In this document: in pieces, positions 20,046-28,763 of the stretch
Layout of the letters: each line of letters starts with the position of its first letter
Position numbering within the stretch: the first letter of the stretch is position 1
DNA from: an uncultured Acidobacteriota bacterium
GTDB lineage: Bacteria; Acidobacteriota; UBA6911
Assembly: GCA_963827655.1 (NCBI GenBank)
Contig: CAWHCF010000022.1
Span: 160,001 to 224,000 of the forward strand
Reading direction: 5' to 3'
DNA length: 64,000 bases
Position numbers and translations under genes: made by a program
Notes under the pieces: generated by a model
What the model was told of the DNA's origin: nothing
Database searches by the model: none
The model's input: only the letters and a program-made list of their open reading frames with translations

Positions 20046-22964
20046 TTAAGGCTTCCACTCCGCCATCCAGATGTTGCCCGTACGCTCGCCCATAGGGAAC
20101 ACGATCTTGTCTTGGGCAACCGAGATTTCAAGGAGGCTGGGAGGCACGCTCGAGATGGAGCGCCGGGCCCCGTGCAGATGATAGACAGGCTCGGCTTCGC
20201 CGAGTGGGCGCTTGGTTTTCGGATCCAGCCGTTGGCCCCAGAGACAAATGTAACCGTCCCGAGCCGAGCGGAAATAGAGCGAGTTGCTGTCCGGCGACCA
20301 GCGCGGAGTACTGTCCAGCGTTGCGCCGTTCGTCACCGCGATCCAAGTGCTCTGCCCGATTGCCGACATTCCTTGAAATGGCGCGATGAACAGTCGAACC
20401 TGGTCTCCAACGATGGCATCGAAGGCGATCCAGCGCCCATCGGGGGCGAAATGGGACCGCAAAAGGGGGTACTCCGGATGCTTGAGCACGATGGCCTTCT
20501 CTCGCGAAGCGACGTCCAGCAGACCGATCTGTTTTCGATCCATTGGCCAGTAGAGGAGGTACCTATTATCGGGGGACCAGTCCCAGGCCAGAAAGCAGTC
20601 GTCGCACACGTTTGCAGGGAGGGCATCTCCCGAGCGGACACCGCTGAGGGATGAAATGTTTACCTTGGGCTTCCCACCCGCCCAGTCGTTGTAAGCGATC
20701 TTGGATCCATCCGTGCTGATGGCCGGGCGACTCTCAAATGCCGGCGAGATGGTGATGGCTCTCTCCTCTCCCGTCCGGAGTTCCTTCGCCCAAACATCAA
20801 AATTGCCCGCTCGATCGGACGCAAACACCAGTCGCTGACCGTCGCCTGAAATAGCGGGCTGAACGTCGACGGAGGTGGCTTCGGTCAAGCGGCGGAGCGG
20901 GCCATTGGCTGCTGCTTCGCGATGATTGATCGGCAGACTCCAGATGTTGACGTTCGTGGTCAAGTTAGAAAAAGCGATTCGGCGTCCGGCTGACGTCGCA
21001 GGAGAATCTTCCGTGCCCGCTCCAAAGGTGAGCCGCTGGGGAGCATCCGTAACGCGCCAGTCTGTGGACGAAACGGCAACCTGCCAAATATTCCTGCTGT
21101 CCCCAACATCAGCCGCAAAAAGAACGCGGCCCTCGGCGGTCCAGACAGCGGGAATCAGCATCACGGCTGGCAGGTTGCCGCGTGTCGTCGGAAGTCCGTG
21201 CTTGCGCAAGGCTGCCAAAGCTCCTGTTCTGACCACGGGCCCGTTGTCGAGCGGTGTGACCCACCAGTCCCAACTCTCCGACGGTGGCGGGTTTCCGAGC
21301 TGATCCCCTAAAAACAGAATGTGCTTTCCATCCGGGGCCCAGACAGGAAAACGGCTGACGGCGAACTCTGGCTGAAGCTGCCTGGGAGGTCCCCCGGTGA
21401 TGGGAACAACAAAGGTCCGGCCGGCGTCAAGGCCCACCCAGTAGGCGATCCAGCTCCCATCGGGCGAGAACCGGGGTCTGCGTCCTTGCGCGGCGAACTT
21501 TGTCGCTTGTCCTCCCAGAGCAGAAACAACATAGACAGCGCCACCGTCCCGCTCGGAGCGGAAGGCGATCTTGGTCCCGTCAGGCGAAAAGGCCGGCTCG
21601 TGGTCATCGGCTGGATCCGTCGTCAGGCGGATCGCATCTCCTTTACCCACTTGCTGGACCCAGATGTCGAGATTGCCCTCCCCGCTGCGGTCCGATGCGT
21701 AGGCCAGCAGCTTGCCATCCGGCGACAGGGCGGGATCAGTGGTCAATCCCGAATCCGAGGTCAGCCGCGTGAGAATCGGGGCGGGGTTCGAGGGCCCCTG
21801 GCGGGTGAGCCACCACGTGAGACCCGCAGTGGCCCCCACCAAAGCCAAGCCGGCGATCGCCGCGGCGAAATAGCGACGCCGCGTGTTGATGGACGGCGGC
21901 ACGGGAATTGGAGACGATGGGTGCCGGGCCAGGCGCAGTTGAAAGCCCAGATCACGCGCGGACTGGAACCGTTCTTCGGGCTCCTTCTCCAGGCAATGCC
22001 GTACGATTTGCTCGAGCTGTGGCGATACCTGCGCAATCGGTGGCGGGTCTTGCTTAAGAATCGCATTCATCGTCTCGACGCTCGTATCGCCCAAAAACGC
22101 CCGCCGGCCCGCTAGCATCTCGTACAGAACCGCCCCCAGCGCGAAAATGTCCGACCTATGATCAGCCGTTTGCCCCTGCACCTGCTCAGGCGACATGTAG
22201 GCAGGCGTTCCAAGAACCATTCCGGGAGCGGTCTCGGTCGGGACCTGATTCTGCTGCTCCGGCCCTGGTTGCACCAGCCTGGCCAGCCCGAAGTCGAGAA
22301 TCTTCACGCGGCCGTCCCTGGTGATGAAGATGTTCTCCGGCTTGAGATCCCGGTGCACGATACCTTTATCATGGGCGGCAGCCAGGCCCTGGGCGATCTG
22401 GCCGGCATATTCGATCGCTTTACCTTCAGGGATGGCGCCGCCGGCGAGCCGCTGGCGCAATGTGGCTCCTTCGAGCAGCTCGGTGACCAGGTAGGGCGAA
22501 TCCTCTTCTCTGCCGATCGCGTAGATCGCCAGGACATTGGGATGGTTCAGCATGCCGGCCGCTCGCGCTTCCTGCTCGAACCGCCGCAGGCGCTCCGGAT
22601 TGCGGGAGTATTGTGACGGCAGAATTTTGATTGCCACTTGCCGGTTCAGAGCCGGGTCCAGGGCCCGCCAGACTTCACCCATGCCGCCAGCGCCGAGCGG
22701 AGCAATCAACTCGTACGAGCCCAGGCGCTGTCCACGGGCCAGCCGCGGCGCTTCGTCGGCGAGGGCGCGCGCCGCCACCTCCACAGCGGGTGATTCCAGA
22801 AAGGGGTCGTCTGGTTTGTGTGCTTCGAGCAGTGAGACAACTTCCCGGCGCAATTCGGCATCACCTGCGCAACTCTGGTCGAGAAACGCGGATCTCGCGG
22901 ATGGGTCATGATCCAGGGCGGCCTGATAGATCCGCTCGACCTTTTGCCAGCGCTCCGGCGTCAT
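20046..22964 (-). CDS. Hanks-type Ser/Thr kinase with TM helix and PD40/TolB-like beta-propeller
   Basis: GAGGMGEV, VAIK, HRDLKPEN, DFG, GTPAYMSPEQ; repeated P.FSPDG..IA. Confidence 0.95.
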   Translation of the reverse strand: MTPERWQKVERIYQAALDHDPSARSAFLDQSCAGDAELRREVVSLLEAHKPDDPFLESPAVEVAARALADEAPRLARGQRLGSYELIAPLGAGGMGEVWRALDPALNRQVAIKILPSQYSRNPERLRRFEQEARAAGMLNHPNVLAIYAIGREEDSPYLVTELLEGATLRQRLAGGAIPEGKAIEYAGQIAQGLAAAHDKGIVHRDLKPENIFITRDGRVKILDFGLARLVQPGPEQQNQVPTETAPGMVLGTPAYMSPEQVQGQTADHRSDIFALGAVLYEMLAGRRAFLGDTSVETMNAILKQDPPPIAQVSPQLEQIVRHCLEKEPEERFQSARDLGFQLRLARHPSSPIPVPPSINTRRRYFAAAIAGLALVGATAGLTWWLTRQGPSNPAPILTRLTSDSGLTTDPALSPDGKLLAYASDRSGEGNLDIWVQQVGKGDAIRLTTDPADDHEPAFSPDGTKIAFRSERDGGAVYVVSALGGQATKFAAQGRRPRFSPDGSWIAYWVGLDAGRTFVVPITGGPPRQLQPEFAVSRFPVWAPDGKHILFLGDQLGNPPPSESWDWWVTPLDNGPVVRTGALAALRKHGLPTTRGNLPAVMLIPAVWTAEGRVLFAADVGDSRNIWQVAVSSTDWRVTDAPQRLTFGAGTEDSPATSAGRRIAFSNLTTNVNIWSLPINHREAAANGPLRRLTEATSVDVQPAISGDGQRLVFASDRAGNFDVWAKELRTGEERAITISPAFESRPAISTDGSKIAYNDWAGGKPKVNISSLSGVRSGDALPANVCDDCFLAWDWSPDNRYLLYWPMDRKQIGLLDVASREKAIVLKHPEYPLLRSHFAPDGRWIAFDAIVGDQVRLFIAPFQGMSAIGQSTWIAVTNGATLDSTPRWSPDSNSLYFRSARDGYICLWGQRLDPKTKRPLGEAEPVYHLHGARRSISSVPPSLLEISVAQDKIVFPMGERTGNIWMAEWKP

Positions 22965-23527
22965 CGCTTCAACTCACGCTTCAGCCAAGCCTTGGCTGCT
23001 CTCCAGTCTCTTCCCACAGTGTCCGTCGAAATTTGCAACGCTTCAGCTGTCTCCTCCAGGCTCAATCCTCCGAAGAAGCGCAATTCCACCACGCGCGCTT
23101 TGCGCGGATCAAGTTTGGCCAGTTCCTGAAGCGCCTCGTCCAGCGCGACCAGATCAGAATCGACGTTTGTTACTACACCCAGCCCTTCCCCAAGCGTCAC
23201 CTGGCGCCAATCGCCACCGCGCTTCTGATACCGTCGGTTGCGAGCAAAGTCTACCAGGATTCGACGCATCAATTGGGCCGCCACGGCGAAGAAGTGGGCG
23301 CGATTCTGCCACCGTACGCGGCTGGAGTCCACGAGCTTGATATAGGCCTCGTTCAGCAGGGCCGTGGTCTGAAGGGTGTGTCCAGCGTGCTCGCGACGCA
23401 TGTAGCCCTCCGCAAGGCGGTGGAGCTCGTCATAGACAAGCGGCATCAGGCGGGACAACGCATCCTGGTCGCCATTGCCCCAAGCCATCAACAGCTCCGT
23501 GACGTCCTGATGGGACTGGCCGCTCAT
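22961..23527 (-). CDS. Kinase-associated ECF sigma factor (TIGR02999/ECF43-like)
   Basis: LVYDELHRLA, HTLQTTALLNEAY, NRAHFFAVAA, ELRFFGGLS, TVGRDWRAAKAWL; ATGA overlap with the kinase. Confidence 0.9.
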   Translation of the reverse strand: MSGQSHQDVTELLMAWGNGDQDALSRLMPLVYDELHRLAEGYMRREHAGHTLQTTALLNEAYIKLVDSSRVRWQNRAHFFAVAAQLMRRILVDFARNRRYQKRGGDWRQVTLGEGLGVVTNVDSDLVALDEALQELAKLDPRKARVVELRFFGGLSLEETAEALQISTDTVGRDWRAAKAWLKRELKR

Positions 23528-23635
23528 CGCGTGCACCGGATGCCGACACTATAGCATCCCTGTAGCTTATTTATGCGGAGTTTCCCGGCCAGATCGCGCC
23601 TATACCTGGGTGAAACCAAAAAAGGAGGTTTTAAG

Positions 23636-24928
23636 ATGATCATGAAATCCGCCATACAGTTCCTCGTGACGAGTGGGCGTAACGACAAACAATCCCTGTT
23701 GGTGAGGCCGCGCCGGCTGGTGGTGACTTTTGCCATAACCCTTGCCTTCGCCCTCGCCCGCCTCGCGACTGACCCGGCTGCCTTCGCCGGGAATGGCAAC
23801 GAACACTGGGTGGGGACCTGGAGCACCGCTCTGCACGCCCCGGACGCGGGCTTCGGTATAACGAACTCTGGCTTCAACAATCAGACTCTGCGCCAGATCG
23901 TGCACACGAGCGTCGGCGGCGATCGGGTGCGCGTGCGGCTGTCCACGTTCGGGGCCAGTGCCCTGGTCATCGGCGCGGCGCACATTGCCCTCCGCGGCGC
24001 GGGCGCGGCGATCGTGCCGGGGTCGGATCGGACGCTGACCTTCGGCGGCCAGCCGTCCATCACCATCCCGCCAGGCGCGCTCGTGCTGAGCGACCCGGTG
24101 GATCTCGACGTGCCCGCGCTCGGCGACCTGGCGGTGAGCATCTTCGTGCCCGGAAGTACCGGACCGGCGACGTGGCACTTCGAAGCGCTGCAGACCTCGT
24201 ACATCTCTCCGCCCGGAGATTTCACGGCAAGCGCCGTCATGCCGGTTGACTCGACGACGCAGGGATGGTTCTGGCTGGCCGGCGTGGAGGTGATGGCATC
24301 CAAGCAGACGGGGGCGATTGTCACCTTCGGCGACTCGATCACGGACGGTACGAGGTCAACACCGGACATGAACAACCGGTGGCCGGACCGGCTCGCCCGG
24401 CGGCTGATGGATCAGCCGGGCAATCACAAGATGGGCGTGCTGAACGAAGGGATCGCCGGTAACCGAGTCCTCCATGACATCATCGGTCCTAACGCCTTGG
24501 CCCGGTTTGACCGCGACGTGCTGTCCCAGACCGGAGTGACGCACGTGATCGTGCTCCTCGGGGGAAACGACATCGGCTTTGAGGCGTTCAGGCCCGCCGA
24601 GGCTGTGACCGCCGGTCAGATCATCGAGGGCCACAGGCAGTTCATCGGGCGCGCGCACGCGCGAGGACTCAAGATCTACGGCGCCACCCTGACCCCGTTT
24701 GAACTCTTATCGCCGGCGCAAGAGGTCAAGCGCCAGGAGGTCAACAGGTGGATTCGCACGAGCGGCGAGTACGACGCGGTGATCGACTTCGACGCGGTCA
24801 TGCGCGACCCGAGCCTCCCAACGCGATTAAACCCGGACTACGACAGCGGGGACCATCTGCACCCGAACGACCTCGGCTACCAGGTGATGGGCAACGCCAT
24901 CGACCTGAAGCTGTTCAAGAACCACTAG
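23636..24928 (+). CDS. Secreted SGNH/GDSL hydrolase
   Basis: RBS AAGGAGG; GDSITDG, NEGIAGN, GGNDIG, GDHLHP. Confidence 0.95.
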   Translation: MIMKSAIQFLVTSGRNDKQSLLVRPRRLVVTFAITLAFALARLATDPAAFAGNGNEHWVGTWSTALHAPDAGFGITNSGFNNQTLRQIVHTSVGGDRVRVRLSTFGASALVIGAAHIALRGAGAAIVPGSDRTLTFGGQPSITIPPGALVLSDPVDLDVPALGDLAVSIFVPGSTGPATWHFEALQTSYISPPGDFTASAVMPVDSTTQGWFWLAGVEVMASKQTGAIVTFGDSITDGTRSTPDMNNRWPDRLARRLMDQPGNHKMGVLNEGIAGNRVLHDIIGPNALARFDRDVLSQTGVTHVIVLLGGNDIGFEAFRPAEAVTAGQIIEGHRQFIGRAHARGLKIYGATLTPFELLSPAQEVKRQEVNRWIRTSGEYDAVIDFDAVMRDPSLPTRLNPDYDSGDHLHPNDLGYQVMGNAIDLKLFKNH

Positions 24929-24942
24929 CCCAGAAAAAGAGC

Positions 24943-25017
24943 GATAGTCACCACAATCCCGAACACAATTATCAGACGTTTTTGAGCTGGCTTAATTCGG
25001 GGATTGTGGTGACTGTC
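24943..25017. repeat. REP/MITE-like inverted repeat between convergent genes
   Basis: gatagtcaccacaatcccgaa ... ttcggggattgtggtgactgtc. Confidence 0.7.
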
Positions 25018-25064
25018 CCTCGTCAGTATCGCCTCCTTGTCCCGCAGCGCGCATGCCGACACGT

Positions 25065-25712
25065 TCAGAACAGCCGGCCATCTTCAATGGCAAATGCCCT
25101 GCAGGGACAGCCGTCACCGCTTTCGATCCTTAGCGGCAGCGCCGCGAAGAACACCTTCTCGGTCTCGACCTCATCCAGGTTCGTCAGTCCCTCGACAATG
25201 GTCACGCCTCCACCCAGTAGGATCTTGTGGATGTGTGTCAGCTCTTCCCTGTTGTTTACGTCGGCCACGGAAGGCGGTTCGACGCCAAGAAGCTTCACCT
25301 TCCGCTCCACGCACCAGCGGGCGAGCTCTTCGGCCACGCGCGGCAGGTTGTCGCGGTAGTATTGCGGCTCGTCCACATGCCGGCTCCAGCCGGTGCGGAG
25401 CAGCAATGACTCCCCCGGCTGGAACCTGTCTGCCACGCGTCCGAGCTGCGTCACGCCGATGAGGGTCTTTGCCTTAATGCCGTCAAGATTTACTACCCAG
25501 GCCGGGCCCATGCAGCGGTCGAGAGGAATCTGATCGATAGTTTCGGGGCCGGCGGCGAAGTGTGCCGGCGCATCCATATGGGTGCCCGCGTGGGAGTAAA
25601 GGTGGAGCGTGCGCGCGTTCCAGCCGTCACGCTCGATCGACTTCGTGGTTTCGAACTCCACGCCACGCATGCCGTGACCGAGCGTCAGAGTAAGGTCGAT
25701 AATTCGCATCAT
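25065..25712 (-). CDS. Cyclase family (kynurenine formamidase-like) metal hydrolase
   Basis: HAGTHMDAPAHF, LLLRTGW, IVEGLTNL, GDGCPCRAFA. Confidence 0.93.
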   Translation of the reverse strand: MMRIIDLTLTLGHGMRGVEFETTKSIERDGWNARTLHLYSHAGTHMDAPAHFAAGPETIDQIPLDRCMGPAWVVNLDGIKAKTLIGVTQLGRVADRFQPGESLLLRTGWSRHVDEPQYYRDNLPRVAEELARWCVERKVKLLGVEPPSVADVNNREELTHIHKILLGGGVTIVEGLTNLDEVETEKVFFAALPLRIESGDGCPCRAFAIEDGRLF

Positions 25713-25816
25713 GGAGCTCTTTGGGCCAGGACCAGGCCGGCTGCAAGTAACAATCGCCGGCGGTATTCGGCAAACAAGGAGCCGGTCACTTCATTTTTGT
25801 ACCACAAGGGAGAGTT

Positions 25817-28616
25817 TCACGAAGCGGTCGAATCAATTCCCGACGCGGCTGCTTTCGATGACTCTTCCTTGAGTTTCACAACCGTGTAGCCGACCTTGGC
25901 AAGTATTTGCGGAATGCCTCGTACCAGCTTTCGATCTTTCTCCTTCTCCTCCTCGGCTAATGTCCCTTCCCCAATTGCCGCGGTTTCGGCCGGCGTGTAG
26001 AGTCTGGCCATTTCCTCAAACGACAGCAAGCGCCACGGGAGAAGATCCTTGTGCAGCTTCTGTTCCTTGTTCGTTTCGGCGGCCCAGCGCCAACCCGCCT
26101 CAATCTTCGCCTTCATCCATCGCCCGTGTTCCATTTCCGCCAGGGACTCAAGCGCAGAGCCGGCGAAGTCCGGGAAGGTTTCGTTGCTGCGGGCGGGAAC
26201 CATGATGCAGCCGACTCGGGCCAGCTTGCTCGGTATGTCTCGCACGAGGCCGCGATTCTGTTCCCTTTCGTCTTCAGGCAACTCGGCAAACGCTTTCAGC
26301 GAACTGTGAGTCCTGAGTTCATCATTGGTCTGGGGTCCCCAGCGGTATCCCTTGGCTCGTAATTCTTCACAAAACAGTTCGTGCGCAGCTTCGGCCAGTT
26401 TTTCAAGCAGTTCCCCTTCCAGATCCATCCGGTGTATCAGGGCCAGGAAATCCTGTCCATCCACGTGCAGGTCGAGCTGCGCCTCCGAGGGGAGGCTGGA
26501 GCGCTCGAACCGGGTCTTGCCCCCGAGCAGGCTCATCGCGATGATCGCCTCCATCGATCGGACTCCGTGTTTGTAATCCTGCGTTTCCAGGAAAGCGCGC
26601 AGCACACCTTGATCAATGTTCATTAGCTGCTTGCCTTCTTTCTTGTGGAGCAGCTGAGGCGCGTTACGCTGAAGCGCCGAGCGCAGCAGGATACCCCGGC
26701 GGATGATGTAGTAGGGATCAGGGGGAGCCGGAGTATCATCAGCAGGTTTCTGACGATTCGGGCCCAGGATATTGACGTACCCTTTGAGCCGGCTGATGAA
26801 ATCCGGTCCCTTGGCTGCGCGGAACTTCTCCGGGCCCAGCCTTTGACCAAAGGTTTCCATGCTTGAGCTGGTGCCGCCTGCGAAGACGAAGATTGAGCGC
26901 CCGATGGGATGAGTGATCTGTCCTTCCTGAAAGCTGCCGTCCTGCATCGGAGCCAGGAAGTAGCGCAGCCAGCCGAGCGCATTTCCTGCCAGCGCCGTGT
27001 CGAACTCATCCCAGAATACGAGCGGAATCAAACCCGACAATCCTACGTCGCGCACCTGGTGCAGCGCCTGAAGCAGTTCCCCGGGGTCATTGCGCTGCGA
27101 GAGATTGAACTCCAGCACCTTGATTTGATCGGGCAGAAGTGAATTAGCCACTTCGATGATGCCGAAAGATTTGCCGGACCCCGGAGCTCCGAAGACTGCG
27201 ATGGACAACGGCCGCTTCTGACGGCTCTGGCGGCAGTATTCACTCACCAGCGTACGAATGCTGCGAAAGCTTTCGATCTCGCGCCGATCCACGGTCAGTA
27301 GATTGCCGAACTGTCCGAGCGGCACGCCCTGCAATGCGCTCTCGGCTCCTTCGATCACAGTCTGCCGGGCGATCTGGTCCAGAGCGCCGGCGCGGCGATC
27401 TTCCAGAATGGTCCACAAAGCCGGATGCGGCGCTATTCCCGTTCCCGCCGCGGGCTGGGTCAGGAAGCGCGCTTCACGCACCTCGGTTTCCGCGAAGAGT
27501 TGTTTCTCGCCGGCCAGCTCCGTCAGCGATCGATCCGATGGGAAAGGCCAGTTGAGCCCTGGACGCGACTTCCCCCCTGACGCCAAATCCTTCCACATGA
27601 AGCTTGCGCATCGCAGCCAGGCCACTCTGGATGCCCTTGCCGATGTCGGGCTGCTCGCTCGAAAGCATCAGCTGCCTGGCAATGCCGGCCGTGAGACAGG
27701 AAGTGTAGCCGATCATTCCGCCGGGATGACTTTGTCCCCACATACCCTCGATGACCGCGGGATCGAAGAACAGCCGGCATTTCGGTCCGCCGCCCGCTTC
27801 TCCCCCGCCCTGTGACCGCGACAGGAGAAACGCGCCGTCCGTATGGAACGAAATCACAACATGAGCGCAATGAGAGAGCGCATTGACGCGCGGGTTATAG
27901 ACCAGTTCCCAAGCCAGGTCTTGCGCGGTGCGCTCCCAGGAGAGTTCGCGGCTGATCTGCACTTCCGTCAGGCGCAGATCATTGACCGTCATGACCACGA
28001 TCAGCCGTTCGGCGCAACTCTGATGCAGGTGCTCCCACAACTTGCCCTGAGCCACGGGTCGAGCCATCTTCAAGAGAATCCAGGGACGCCGCCCTTCCGT
28101 CGTGATGGCGCGAGGCCAGAGTTCCGGATGCTCGCGAAAGCCCAGGTCCGCATCGTCGAGCACTACGATCCTGGCTTCCGGGGTATCGTCCACCACGAGC
28201 TTCCAATCGGCGCCTGGCACTCCATCGACCGCGCTGCGATCCAGTCCCAGAAACTCCTCCACGCGCCAGGCCGGTTTCTCTCTATCGAGAGGCGATTTGA
28301 CGCCGTACTTGAAGAGGGACCACAGGGCGTAGGAGTGATGGTAGCGTCCATCGCCCGGATGGACCGGCTCCGCGGGCGCGCCCGTCTGACGGACTTCGCA
28401 TTGTGCCTGCCCGGCCCCGCGCAACTCCCTGGCGACGGCGTCGATCAGATCGGCCAGCAACGCCGCTCCTCCCCGCTGCCAGTAAGCGCGAGTACAGTCG
28501 TCCGCATTCCACCCTGCCCCGCCGCCTTCCGAACGCCGGGTGCGGGCGAGATTCCAGTCAATCGATACATCCCCGGTAACGACAACCGCGTGCTGCAAGC
28601 CGTGAGTGTCGGCCAT
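25817..28616 (-). CDS. PfkB/HldE-like N-domain + Clp-type AAA+ ATPase + tandem RyR repeats; one frameshift near 27524
   Basis: ORFs 27474-28616 and 25817-27625 join at ATC GCT g ACG GAG CTG. Motifs VVVTGDVSID, FGAPGSGKSF, LVFWDEFD, PDFISRL, HGVRSME, LAEAAHELF..GYRWGP, LAEMEHGRW..GWRW..KLHKDLLPW. Confidence 0.75.
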
Positions 28617-28763
28617 AATCCCACTCCTCTTTAAGCCTGTGGCATTCTTATATCAGCAAAACAAATAATCAAGCACCGCCGACACTGCTTTCCTCTCGCA
28701 AGGATTCTTCGCGTTTCTTGGTGTCTTGGTGGCTGGTTTCGTTATGCGGAGTTTTCGAACTTC

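Noticed and set aside
27474-27625. Programmed frameshift or two separate genes in the RyR locus
   Set aside because: No slippery sequence, an implausible 150-nt overlap, and similar single indels occur across the window
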